From assembly GCF_000281045.1 (NCBI RefSeq), contig NW_008246068.1:993441-1054025 (forward strand): DNA of 60,585 nucleotides, read 5' to 3'. Source of the DNA: Saprolegnia diclina VS20 (lineage: Eukaryota). The translations under genes and the position numbers were made by a program. Shown here in pieces: positions 12,300 through 24,793 of the stretch. The notes beneath the pieces were generated by a model. It was not told the DNA's origin. It saw only the letters and a program-made list of their open reading frames with translations, and searched no databases. Numbering within the stretch: the stretch's first letter is position 1; the number at the start of each line of letters is the position of its first letter.

Positions 12300-14425
12300 C
12301 TAGACAGTCGCCACCGTNNNNNNNNNNNNNNNNNNNNNNNNNNNNNNNNNNNNNNNNNNNNNNNNNNNNNNNNNNNNNNNNNNNNNNNNNNNNNNNNNNN
12401 NNNNNNNNNNNNNNNNNNNNNNNNNNNNNNNNNNNNNNNNNNNNNNNNNNNNNNNNNNNNNNNNNNNNNNNNNNNNNNNNNNNNNNNNNNNNNNNNNNNN
12501 NNNNNNNNNNNNNNNNNNNNNNNNNNNNNNNNNNNNNNNNNNNNNNNNNNNNNNNNNNNNNNNNNNNNNNNNNNNNNNNNNNNNNNNNNNNNNNNNNNNN
12601 NNNNNNNNNNNNNNNNNNNNNNNNNNNNNNNNNNNNNNNNNNNNNNNNNNNNNNNNNNNNNNNNNNNNNNNNNNNNNNNNNNNNNNNNNNNNNTCTATCC
12701 AACGCTATAGCCACGTCGTTCATAGAGTCATAGATGCAGTGTACCTTGGCATCGGTGGGGGTTGTCGAGATGATGCTGTGGCCGCCAAACGGAAACTGCA
12801 AAAGGAGCTTCTTGTCGCCGGCCATCGTTGCATTCTCAATCACCGCGTACTCAGGAATCGTCTGAATGTCAATCGCCCCCGAGAGCAAAAGCGCGCTCGC
12901 GCCGGTCGGCACCGCTGCCGTCTTGTTCCAGTACTGGTCATGGCTGTACGCGAACGTTTGCTTTGGCGCGTCGAGCCCCAGGCCGTGGCAGACCGGGTCC
13001 GAGTGGCCACGGAACGCACAAAACTTGAAGATGTTGGCTTTGGTTCCATCGATGGGTGAAGCGCGCCACGTGATCTTGGCGGCGTCATCACGGAAGCGCT
13101 CGAACGACGGCGACGGCAGCTCCCAGATCTCGTTGAAGACAATGTTGTTGTAGAGAAGGTCATCGCTGGCCGACTCGCCCGTCTCCGTGTTGCCCGGTAC
13201 AATGTCGCCGCGGTCGTCACTCGTCTCGTCAGTGGACAAGCCAAGAAGACCGTGCAAAAAGCGATCGTTCGAGTCAAACTCCTTGACGCACTGCGCAACG
13301 CGGTAAAGAATGGCCGGGATCAAGTTGCGCTGGGTGTAGCTGATGATCATATTGGAAAACATGCTCCCGAAAAAGTCCGACGGAAGACCCTTCGCCGCGT
13401 AAATCGCCTGCGCGCACGCCGTGTCATTGGCATCGAGCTTCGTGAACAAATCGAACGCAAACTTTTTCGAATTGGGGCCAATCTTGGACGAGCACACAGG
13501 ATCGCGGTCGCAGAGGCCGTAGTAGGTTGTTTCTAAACAGAAATAGATCATAACCCTACACCTCACTTATCCCAATCGTACCAACTTTGGCCACGTCACG
13601 GTCCCAGTCGCTGTACGGGCTCAACGGGCTCTCGGCGAGCATGCTGTCAAGGATGTAGCCCTTGACGTTCTTGGGCGCGAGGTGCATCAAACGCTCAACC
13701 AAGTAGGTACCGTAGCTCACGCCGTAGACGTACACATCGTCGTTGGCGAGCATCGGGCTCTCGATGATGGACGCGAGGTCGGTCGCAGCGCTTGTGACCG
13801 AGAAACCCTTGGGCGCGTCGGCACCTACGACATATCGTCAGTGGCACGTCGGTGCTACAGTGCGACACTACCATAGAGGTCCTTGAGCTTTTGGAAACAA
13901 TTCGAGTAGGCGGCAGCAGCGGTCGCGTCATCGCGCATGACGTTCTCGTCGGTCATCTCGGGACAGTGGGCGGTGAGCGGCGAGCTGCGACCGACGCCGC
14001 GGTGGTCCATCGTGTAGAGGCTCGTGGTGCCGTTGGCGGCCGCGAATATTTCGACCATCGAGCCTTCCACTACACACACAACGCATAAGACTCTCATTGC
14101 GCAGGGGCGGTAGTGTACTGGCATCGGACGGCGCACCGGGACCGCCTTGCATCAGCCACACGGCCTTGGCTGGCGTCGTCGGGCGGATTGCGGGCATGCG
14201 CTTGAGGAAGACGCTGAGCGTCTTGTCGCTCGTGCACACGCCCGGGTAGCAAACCGGCACTTGAAGTTCGAGGCACTCGACCGTGGCGTTGCGAGAGCGC
14301 GGGTAGTTGTCGATCGAGTACGTCTCATTGCCGACACGCGAGAAGAGCGGGCATTTGTGCCATTCGCTGGCGGCGACAGCAGTGGAGAACGTGAGCGCCA
14401 ATGCGAGGTGACTAGGACGAAGCAT
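12300..14425 (-). CDS. S33-like peptidase (copy C; last exon largely in assembly gap)
   Basis: Signal peptide MLRPSHLALALTFSTAVAA. Motifs MQGGPG, YTMDHRGVGRS, YGVSYGT, GAIDIQT and GGHS. Beyond the gap, TVATV* at 12317-12300 is a plausible C-terminus. Confidence 0.82.
12318..12693. other. Assembly gap
   Basis: Run of N. Confidence 1.
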
Positions 14426-15483
14426 GATTGAAAATGAGGCATTAGAAGAGACGAAAATTCGAGCTTGCACTTGCAGTGGCGAGGCACTCGACATATGACG
14501 GCCAGTTTGCAGTTCTCACCGAGCTGTACTTCGGCGACGATCGGCGTTATTGGTGGTGCTGTAGGGGGTCACAATCCTGCACGGGTTGTCTCGACCGCCG
14601 ACACGCATTGGGAGTTGGGGGTTTTGCGCACCCACATACACCTACTACCTCGTGATGTGCACGATTCAATCGTTCGATGTACGTGCACGCCGCGACCTAT
14701 ACAAGCTACGTCAACTGCAACGTCACGGCGACAGAGAAGAGTCCTCCTCATTGCAGTCCGCAACTGCGCTATGGAGTACACAATGTAGATATTAGAGTAT
14801 GACAATAGCACTGCTATAAGCAAACACACTACTCCATTGTGCTATGTGCTAACGTGGACCAGATGGCAAGGACCTTGGTCTCCGTGTCTCATGCTGACCG
14901 TTGTGACTCAATTGACGACACATTGTATTCAGCACGATGAATCTTGTTTTCGGTATGCCCAATAGGGTTGAGGTTACTACTGGCGACGGTTGTTCTCATA
15001 GAGCAAAAGAGTTGCTGCCGATAGTTATATGACAGCTAGCGTGCGGGCTAGCGTGTGCCAATTTGAAGCATGAAAAACTGAATGTTCACAACGACCTTGG
15101 TTTTTGATGTGTATAATCAAAAATCATGTCCTGCACAATACTACAAACATAGCAATGACGCTCTCGTTGGCACCATGCATTGACACTGCCGTCGCCAACA
15201 AGGGCGCGTGTTATTGTGTTGCGAGCAACAATTTCGATGCCACAGTGGCAGTACGCTGCTTGAGAAATACCGATGTGAAAGTTTGCCGCGTTGGGTGGTG
15301 GTGTAGCTTCAAGTCAGGCAAATAAATATGATTGAACGGGCTGTGGTGCACATTTTCACTTGGATAAGCAAACTAGTACATTACAATATGCAATGTACAT
15401 GTTGCAATCAATTCCAGTCCACAAAATGACAATATTGTGTGTATTTTCTGACATCGACAATGAACTGTGTAGTTGAATCAAAA

Positions 15484-15899
15484 NNNNNNNNNNNNNNNNN
15501 NNNNNNNNNNNNNNNNNNNNNNNNNNNNNNNNNNNNNNNNNNNNNNNNNNNNNNNNNNNNNNNNNNNNNNNNNNNNNNNNNNNNNNNNNNNNNNNNNNNN
15601 NNNNNNNNNNNNNNNNNNNNNNNNNNNNNNNNNNNNNNNNNNNNNNNNNNNNNNNNNNNNNNNNNNNNNNNNNNNNNNNNNNNNNNNNNNNNNNNNNNNN
15701 NNNNNNNNNNNNNNNNNNNNNNNNNNNNNNNNNNNNNNNNNNNNNNNNNNNNNNNNNNNNNNNNNNNNNNNNNNNNNNNNNNNNNNNNNNNNNNNNNNNN
15801 NNNNNNNNNNNNNNNNNNNNNNNNNNNNNNNNNNNNNNNNNNNNNNNNNNNNNNNNNNNNNNNNNNNNNNNNNNNNNNNNNNNNNNNNNNNNNNNNNNN
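15484..15899. other. Assembly gap
   Basis: Run of N. Confidence 1.
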
Positions 15900-17645
15900 T
15901 TCTTGGTCGTGTCCTAGAGTCATAGATAATGAGTCTACATATTTCCGGAGAACCTGTCCCTCTACCTTGGGGTCCGTGTTGGTCGTCGAAATGATGCTGT
16001 GACCGCCAAACGGGAACTGCAAAAGGAGCTTCTTGTCGCCGACCATCGACGCATTCTGGGCCACGGCGTACTTGGGGATAGTCTGAATGTCAAGACCACC
16101 CGAGAGCAAGAGAGCGCTGGCACCAGCGGGCACAGCCGCCGTCTTGTTCCAGTACTGGTCGTGGGCGTACGCAAATGACTCGAAGCCGGGCGTGATCTCA
16201 AACTGCTTGCACACGGCGTCCTTGCCACCGGTGTAGAGGCAGTATTTGCCGACCTTGAGAAGCGTCGAGACGTTGGTGCTGCTGCGCCACGTGAGCTTGG
16301 ACGAGTCGTCGTTGAGGCGCTCGACTGACGGCGCCGGCGACTCCCAGATCTCATTATAGACAATGTTGTTGTAGAGAATGTCGTCACTGACCGACTCGCC
16401 CGTCTCAGCGTCCCCGGGCACAATGTCATCACGTCCTTCGGTGTCGTCGGCCTCCGAGGTGAGGCCAAGAAAGCCAGTGAGGAACGTGGCTTCGCTCTCG
16501 ACGTCGATGACGCACTTGGCGAGACGGTAGAGGATTGCCGGCACCAAGTTGCGCTGGTTGTAGTTGGTCAGCATACCGGCGAGCGTCGACCCGACAAAGT
16601 CGGACGGAAGACCCTTCTCTGCGTAGATCGTTTGAGCGCACTCGGTGTCGTTCGCGTCGAGCTTCTTGTACAAATCAAACGCGAATCGCTTCGAGTTGGG
16701 CCCAAGCTTGGACGAGCACACGGGGTCCTTGTCGCAAAGGTGGTAGTACTCCTTTTCTAAATACGAAAACGACGAATTAGTCTCTACATGCTACGAGGGT
16801 AGGGTCCACGTACCAACGTGCGCAACGTCGCGGTCCCAGTCGCTGAACGTGCTCAACGGGCTCTCGGCGAGCATGCTGTCGAGGATGTAGCCCTTGACGT
16901 TCTTGGGCGCAAGGTGCATCAAACGCTCCGTGAGGTACGTGCCGTAGCTCACGCCGTAGACAAAAACGTCCGAAGCAGCGAGAAGCGGGCTCTGGATGAT
17001 CGTCGCGAGGTCTGTCGCTGCACTCGTGACCGAGAAGCCCTTGGGAGCGTTGGGCCCTACAACGGCATCCGTCGCATCGAACTCGTATAGATGCCAGTAG
17101 TGGTCGTACCGTACTTGGCCTTGAGCTTCTTGAAGCACTCGGTGTGCGCTGTGTCAAGCGTCTCGATCTCGGCCGTCGCCAAATCAGGGCAGAGGGCCGT
17201 TAAGGGCGAACTGCGGCCGACACCACGGTGGTCCATCGTGTAGAGGCTAATGGTGCCATTGGCAGCTTCGTAGATCTGCGCCATGGATGGCTCCACTAAG
17301 TAGTCGCGAGCGTTAAATCATAGAAAATAGCCGAAAAACCCTACTCGCATCGGATGGCGCACCGGGACCGCCTTGCATGAGCCACACGGCCTTGGCTGGC
17401 GTCGTCGGGTGCGTGGCGGGAATGCGCTTGAGAAAGAGCGTCAGCGTCTCGGACCCTTCGCACACGCCGGGGTAGCAGACCGGCGCCGACATTTCAATGC
17501 ACTCGGCCGTGAAGTTGTACTGTGCTTCGTACGTCTTGTGTTTGGCCGCGGTGCCCACGTCCGAGTAGAGAGGGCACGGGTGCCACTCGGTGGGCGACGT
17601 CGCTGCGGCGAGTGCGAGAGCGGGGGCAAAGAGACCAGGGCGCAT
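15900..17645 (-). CDS. S33-like peptidase (copy D; 3' end lost in assembly gap)
   Basis: Signal peptide MRPGLFAPALALAAA. Motifs MQGGPG, YTMDHRGVGRS, YGVSYGT, GGLDIQT and GGHS. Intron positions match copy C. Confidence 0.82.
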
Positions 17646-18699
17646 TTTGAAAAGTGAGCTGCCAACGGAACGGCAAATACGTCGGCCACGATCGCTGCCA
17701 GCGGCAGACCATCTGGCGCCACCAGATGGTTGTCATTGCGCATGGACGAGGCTGTGGTACGTAAGATACTGCTGGCGATCGTCCATGGTCCATGCCCCCG
17801 GCGTCAAAATACACGACAGAGCAAACGTCGAGCAATGGCGCTTTCTGTCGTATAGTCGGCGGCAGGTGCGTACTTTCTCCAGTGTTTTGCTCGATCGCGA
17901 GAAGCGCTGCATGCCTACGGATGGTCGCAGCACGTGTCCCATCCTCGGCACTTCGATGCACGCGCTCCGCATCCCGTTTCCTACAATTAAACCCAAGAAA
18001 TGTGATTTAAAAGATTTTAAATTGCAGCACATTGCTTGCGGACGTGAACTCTGCAGTTACGTCCAATGCTTAGATTTGCGGCAACGCACCACAACGCACG
18101 CAACAGCGCGAAACGCTTGGACGCTGCACGTATTCTCGTCGTGGACGATAGAGCTGTGGACGATGGCTGTACAAACTACCGCAAAGCTCGACGAATCTAG
18201 AGCGGGCGCCAGAGATTTGCGCCAGAGGTCGGTCAATGACTGAATATCGCGGTGCGTCCCGATGCAAACAGATGTCACAACCCGACAGCAGTGGGTGCAC
18301 GCCACCCGCTGCTGCCAATGTATGCCGCCACCATACAGTGCAATCGACGGACAGTACATGGCGAGAGCGAAAGTCCGTCGAGCTCGTACAATAAGAGACA
18401 CCTCCTTCCCGGAAAGCCCCAAGGTTCGCCTCCAACCCCCTCCTCCCCGCGCGCTACGAGGCTCCTAGCACTCCTAACCTTCCCCCACTACACTCACCCC
18501 TTTTCCCTGATGGGCACGTGGTGTCGAGCATATGGCTTCTGACATGAAAAAACTGCGGTATCGGGCCTCTCATCTGCTTGCTAAAAACGCTCGGCCACGC
18601 GACGTCCTATGCATACGTACTACGCGGAGGGTGCACACGAACAGATATTGTGTACTTTGACGCTCCGTTCAACGAACTCAATCGGCGGCGATACGCTGC

Positions 18700-19280
18700 A
18701 ACCGCTTTCGCAGGACCTGATTCGCTAGTGGCTTCCACTTTAGCCGTGGCTTCTTCGACGTTGGGTGGCGCGGCCGCGGTCGTCGTCTTGGTCTTGAGCG
18801 TACTCTTTTGCTTCTTGAAGTAGAGCGCCAGGTCCATGACGGCAAGAGCACAGACGACGGTGCCGCCCGACAACGCCGTGGTCTGGGCCTTGCTCCCACC
18901 ATCTCAACGACCACGTCAAAGATCTTGCCCGCACCATTGCGCCGTCGTGACGCACGCAAACGACTGGGGTCTCAATGGCCTGTCGCAAACCGAGTCAACG
19001 TTACCCCGGTATGAGGCGTACTCGCCGATACGTGCTGCGATGGCCTGGGCGTCATCAGTACTTCACGCTCGCGTCGCGAAGCACCCGCGCCCGGGTGTGC
19101 GCACCAGCGCGTTGTATGCAATGATGCTGTACAAGGTGACGTCCATGCCCGAGATGCCGTCTCCCATTAGCCCATTAGCGCAGTGGTGCCATTGCCGAGG
19201 TGAACCGCGAGAAGACACTGGACAAAGTCGGCTTGGGTCGCATACTGTAGTTGGCCGGGATCACCAAGAAACTTGATGTG
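18700..19280 (-). pseudogene. Heavily decayed 3' remnant of an S33-like peptidase (copy E)
   Basis: Fragments DVTLYSIIAYNAL, IGEYASYRGNVDSVC and VVCALAVMDLALYFKK correspond to DILYNNIVYNEI, VGKYCLYTGGKDAVC and VACVLAVMGMALYVKK of intact copies. Stops and frameshifts are present and the 5' half is absent. Confidence 0.7.
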
Positions 19281-19323
19281 CAAATCTTTTCTGACCTCCC
19301 AAACATGATATTGCTGTTTCCCC

Positions 19324-20363
19324 ATGGCTGGGCTTTACCCGCGTCACCTTCGATCGCTGGCCGCAGCCTCGGACACGCCTTCGTTCACCATCGTCCAGTT
19401 CAACGTGCTCGCGGATGGGCTAAGTGGTCTCCGCGACGACCTCGGCGGCTTTACGCTCGCACCGCCCGGGTCCTTGGCGTGGGCCCATCGCCGGCAGCCG
19501 TACGTCCTTTCTATTCGACACCGCAATAGTGTCCTCGTCGCTTGTAGTCTTCTCGATGAGATTCTGCGCTTCGCACCCGACATTGTGTGCTTGGAAGAAG
19601 TCGACCACTTTTACGACTGGTTCGAGCCGCAGCTCGCCGCGCAAGGCTACACTGGCGTCTTTGCGCCCAAGCCCCACTCGCCATGTCTCCAAGTCAGCGA
19701 CCAGCGCGATGGCTGTGCCGTGTTTGTCAACACTCGTTTTCGCATCGTCCGCCACGATGTGCTCTCGTACGCCTGCTACGTCCCGCCCGATACGACGACG
19801 CACCAGCCGCAAAACCAAGTCGCTCTCCTTGTCGAGCTCGCGCTTCACGACTCGACGCACGAGGTGCTCGTTGCCTGCACGCATCTCAAGGCCGCCAAGG
19901 ACGCGGCTGGCGAAGCTATCCGGACCCAAGAAGCTGCCATGCTCTGCCGTGCCCTCAGTGCCAAGCAAGGCGCTGGCCATGCGATTGTAGTGTGCGGTGA
20001 CTTTAACGCAGTATCGCTTCCGACGCCCGCGATGCCTGCGACGACGTACGCGACCATGGTCGAGGACTATGGGTATGCCAGTGCCTATTGCCAAGACGGC
20101 CGCGAACCAGCGTACACATTTAGCTGCTATGATAGTCAAGCTCGTCCAGCACTGAGGAATCAACGTCATGGCTAGGTACACGACGTGGAAGGTGCGTCCG
20201 GGCAAGGAAGCCAAGCACACGATCGACTACATTTTCTATTCGAGCGCGTCGCTTGCAGTCACTGCGATCGCCGAGATGCCCGAGTCGATGGAGGCATGCC
20301 GCCTTCCATCCCACCGCTACCCGTCCGATCACATGGCGCTCGTTGCGACGCTGCATTGGACAA
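19324..20363 (+). CDS. Nocturnin-like EEP-family phosphatase (CCR4/nocturnin family; stop codon in gap)
   Basis: QFNVLADGLS, DIVCLEEVDH, PKPHSPCL..DGCAVF, THLKA, CGDFN, YTTWKVR..TIDYIFY and YPSDH. Two short introns. Confidence 0.88.
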
Positions 20364-21143
20364 NNNNNNNNNNNNNNNNNNNNNNNNNNNNNNNNNNNNN
20401 NNNNNNNNNNNNNNNNNNNNNNNNNNNNNNNNNNNNNNNNNNNNNNNNNNNNNNNNNNNNNNNNNNNNNNNNNNNNNNNNNNNNNNNNNNNNNNNNNNNN
20501 NNNNNNNNNNNNNNNNNNNNNNNNNNNNNNNNNNNNNNNNNNNNNNNNNNNNNNNNNNNNNNNNNNNNNNNNNNNNNNNNNNNNNNNNNNNNNNNNNNNN
20601 NNNNNNNNNNNNNNNNNNNNNNNNNNNNNNNNNNNNNNNNNNNNNNNNNNNNNNNNNNNNNNNNNNNNNNNNNNNNNNNNNNNNNNNNNNNNNNNNNNNN
20701 NNNNNNNNNNNNNNNNNNNNNNNNNNNNNNNNNNNNNNNNNNNNNNNNNNNNNNNNNNNNNNNNNNNNNNNNNNNNNNNNNNNNNNNNNNNNNNNNNNNN
20801 NNNNNNNNNNNNNNNNNNNNNNNNNNNNNNNNNNNNNNNNNNNNNNNNNNNNNNNNNNNNNNNNNNNNNNNNNNNNNNNNNNNNNNNNNNNNNNNNNNNN
20901 NNNNNNNNNNNNNNNNNNNNNNNNNNNNNNNNNNNNNNNNNNNNNNNNNNNNNNNNNNNNNNNNNNNNNNNNNNNNNNNNNNNNNNNNNNNNNNNNNNNN
21001 NNNNNNNNNNNNNNNNNNNNNNNNNNNNNNNNNNNNNNNNNNNNNNNNNNNNNNNNNNNNNNNNNNNNNNNNNNNNNNNNNNNNNNNNNNNNNNNNNNNN
21101 NNNNNNNNNNNNNNNNNNNNNNNNNNNNNNNNNNNNNNNNNNN
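20364..21143. other. Assembly gap
   Basis: Run of N. Confidence 1.
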
Positions 21144-21963
21144 AGGCAAGAAGTTAGTTGACCGCAATGCAATCACGCGATGTAGAATATTAGTTTTTGT
21201 ATTCATGACCTCTCGAACGATGATTTTGGCGCCAAATACGGCGACGCGGTTGACGAACCGACACGAGTTGAAGCTGGCGAACCCGAGTCAAAACACTGTC
21301 TTCGTACACAGTGTGTCACCGCCACTCTCGAGCACCAAGTTGGAATTCCTCCTTCCAATGGTATAACAGGTCCCTTCCGGGGTGAGCTGGTAGGAACTTT
21401 TGTATTGAATGCGAAGCGTTGATTGATTAACGGTATTGCGACGACGGCGGTCTTCGCGCGCTTCTGCAATCCAAATGCAACACCATTGCGATTAGGTGCG
21501 GAAATACCTTATGTACGACATGTGCTCTTAGAAGTGCGTCGTACTTAAAATCAAGTATAATGTCCCACATGTGACAGCACTTAACGGGAACTACCAAATC
21601 GCACTTTACGGGACAGGTTTCGCGCGATGCGATTGGCCAAAATGGCTCGATATATAGCCAATGGGTTGGCCGGATTGAGACACGACACATCGAATTAATC
21701 CCCTGGGATGCTGGTACACCACGTAAACGTTCCTACCAGGATAAGAGATGTCTTTATATACCCTCCCAACCGCAGGCATCTCGCGCCCCCATCCGAGCCT
21801 CGCTACAATTCTACGTCCTCCCTACCGGTGCTCAGTTGCACGTCAGAGTGAGCGCTGTATCGCACCCGTTGGTATAGTGTGGTATCGTAAATGTCGACCA
21901 ACTCGAAAAAACAGCCACAGGAAGTGTAGTACGCAGGTGATAGTCTATCTCGAAACGAGGAGT

Positions 21964-23347
21964 TTACGGGGCCATGCGCGGGACGAAGGCCGGGATGCCC
22001 GTGATGGCGCGGCCGAGGATGAGCGCGTGCACATCGTGCGTGCCTTCGTACGTGTTGACGGCCTCAAGGTTCATCGAGTGGCGGACGACGTGGTACTCGT
22101 CCGAGACGCCGTTGCCGCCGAGCATGTCGCGCGCCGTGCGAGCAATGTCGAGCGACTTGCCGCACGAGTTGCGCTTGACGATCGAGATGATCTCAGGCGA
22201 GACGGGGCCCGCGTCCTGGAGCCGGCCGACCTGCAGGCACGCAAAGAGACCGAGGTTGATCTCCGTGAGCATGTCCGCCAGCTTCTTCTGGATGAGCTGG
22301 TTGGCCGCGAGCGGCGCGCCAAACTGGCTGCGGTCCAGCGTGTACTGGCGGGCGATCTCATAGCACGACGTGGCCGCGCCGAGCGAGCCCCACGCAATAC
22401 CGTAGCGCGCGCTGTTGAGGCACGTGAACGGACCCTTGAGGCCCTTGACGTGCGGGAGCATGTTGCCCTTGGGGATCTTGACGTCTTCCAAGAAAATCTA
22501 AGCAGCAAGATTAGATCCAAGTGAACGCGACTTGACATACCATGCCCGTGGCCGAGGCGAGGAGCGTGGCCTTGCCCTCAATGTACGGCGTCGAGATACC
22601 GGGGGTGTCCTACACCGGTCATATAAGCCTATGTGTTTATAGGCAGAGTGGACGACGTACGCGGTCGACGATGAAGCCGCGGATGTCGCCGTGGTCGTCC
22701 TTGGCCCAGACGACCATGACGTCAGCGATCGGCGAGTTGGTGATCCAGTTCTTGGCGCCGTTGAGAATGTAGTGGTCGCCGTCAAGGCGCGCGCGCGTCT
22801 CCATCGAGCTCGGGTCCGATCCGTGGTTGGGCTCCGTGAGGCCAAAGCAACCGATGAGGTCGCCGGCCGCCAGCTGCGGGAGGTACTTCTTCTTCTGCTC
22901 CTCCGAGCCAAACTTGTAGATGGGCCACATGACGAGCGACGACTGCACGCTCATGGCCGAGCGGTACGCCGAGTCAACGCGCTCGACCGCGTTGGCGATG
23001 AGGCCGTACGAGACGTAGCCGACGCCGGCGCAGTCGTAGCCCTTGATGGTTGGGCCAAGAAGACCGAGCTCACCCATTTCCTTCATGATCTTCTTATCAA
23101 ACGTGCCGTCGCGGTTGGCCTTGACGATGCGGGGCATGAGCTCTTGCTGGCAGTAGGCGTTGGCCGAGTCCTAAGAGCCATGCATCAGCCGATTTCGCCA
23201 TCAAGAGGAGCGTACGCGGATGAGGCGCTCCTCGTCCGTGAGGCAGCTGTCGAGGTTCAGCGGGTCCTGGTAGTTGAAGGCGCTGGCCTTGGCCGCGAAC
23301 GAGCGGACCTGCTTCTTGGCGGCGAAGCTCGAGACGCGGGACAGCAT
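21964..23347 (-). CDS. GCDH: Glutaryl-CoA dehydrogenase, mitochondrial (multi-exon)
   Basis: Transit peptide, then [67 protein letters not shown] and [26 protein letters not shown]. Confidence 0.95.
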
Positions 23348-23859
23348 GGTGTGGTGGTGGTGCTTCGGCGAACGAAAGGGAAGTGAATCTAGCTCGCCAC
23401 GGCCCAACCCCAGCCTGGGTGGCGGTTGTCAACGGCAAAGTACGCCGCACTTAACACGGCAATACATATATCAAACGATTCGGCAAAGTACGGCGGCCTG
23501 TCGCGTACTTTAGAGGAGAAAACGAACTTAGGAGGTGTAGAAAGGGATGTGTCGGTTGAAGTTGGGCCGGGCTCCGCCGATACGATTCGCTAAATAATCC
23601 ACAGCGTGATGGCGTGCCAGGTGGCTGGACTTGCAGTTCAAGGACATATGCTGCCGTGGAGGATGGCAAGGGACAGCCTTGGACTCGCTGCCTGCTTCGT
23701 GGGCGTCGCGCCATCGACTGCTTCGCCCGGCGTCACCTAGATCGCTCACTCTGAGATTGCACTTGTCGTCGGGCTGTAGTCACACATGTGCAAGGCGCGC
23801 AGCGAGGCCGAGGCGCGCGCGCATCACCGTCTGGTACCGCTGCAAGGAGTCCTTGGGTG

Positions 23860-24045
23860 TCCGTGGACCATATTCTGGATGCCAAATTGGGTCAAGGTCA
23901 ATTTGGTAGTATTTGGGCACCGCGCCGCTACCGAGAGGTCATGCAGGTGCTCTTGCTGATAGCTCGTACGAGTGCATTGGGGTGGTGACGACGACACGAG
24001 CGCAGCCTGCTTGCTCACCACGCGAATACGTCTGGACTTCACGTG
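23860..24045 (+). pseudogene. Possible decayed Ser/Thr kinase fragment
   Basis: KLGQGQFGSIW (Gly-rich loop) and, in the same frame after a stop, HERSLLAHHANTSGLH, which resembles subdomains III-IV. No catalytic motifs were found. Confidence 0.3.
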
Positions 24046-24793
24046 TGTTCTCAAGGATAGCAGTAGACGCGGCAGAGTAGCTACGCCTTGAAGGATGGGC
24101 CGTTGGCCCAAGCTACTCGCTCGACGTGAACTTTGGTATGTGTACGACGACGGGACAAAATTCGAGTGGAAATGGCGGCTGATGACAGCGCTGTGAGAAG
24201 GTGAATGTACCGAGGTGGGTACAGGACATGTACACAAACCACTGGACTGGCACCGTTGGGTGCGACTTCAGGAGCTCTCTCTTTCCTTCTCGACAGCACC
24301 GAGAGATCGTACACATTGCCAATGCAAACAGGAGAGTAGTCCCAAGCGACAAAGGTCGCCAAAGCCACCACTGTCATTGGCTCGTAGCGCGTGGGCTCGT
24401 GCAGCACCGAGCTTTGCACCGCCGTGGGGCTTGAGTGTAGTGCTTAAAGAACGACGACGGTGCTTGTTGCGCCACCTACTGGGTAGAGGGCGTAGAACTA
24501 CACGGCCGCAGTTGAGAGCACTAATGCGGTACTACCACGGCCTCACGCACCTCGGCCGACTTGATACCACTCGTCGTCAAGGGCCACTCGTGTCTCTAAA
24601 GACAGCTTGACGTGGCTACTTCATGGGCGTGTTCTAGGGTACCGTGCGCCTCCATTGTAGCATCAAATTGTAGGATCTACTTCTAGTACATCATCGTCGA
24701 CGCATGCTCTCGTGCACCCAGACATTTGCTATGGCGCGAAGCTACATGCATGCACTTGACACTAACGATATGATGCATTCTGCACCAAATGCA

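Noticed and set aside
12225..21366. ORFs running through X stretches
   Set aside because: Artefacts of translating N gaps.
21144..21960. Short frame EAREDRRRRNTVNQ on the minus strand resembling a bZIP basic region
   Set aside because: Too short, with no zipper or supporting exons.
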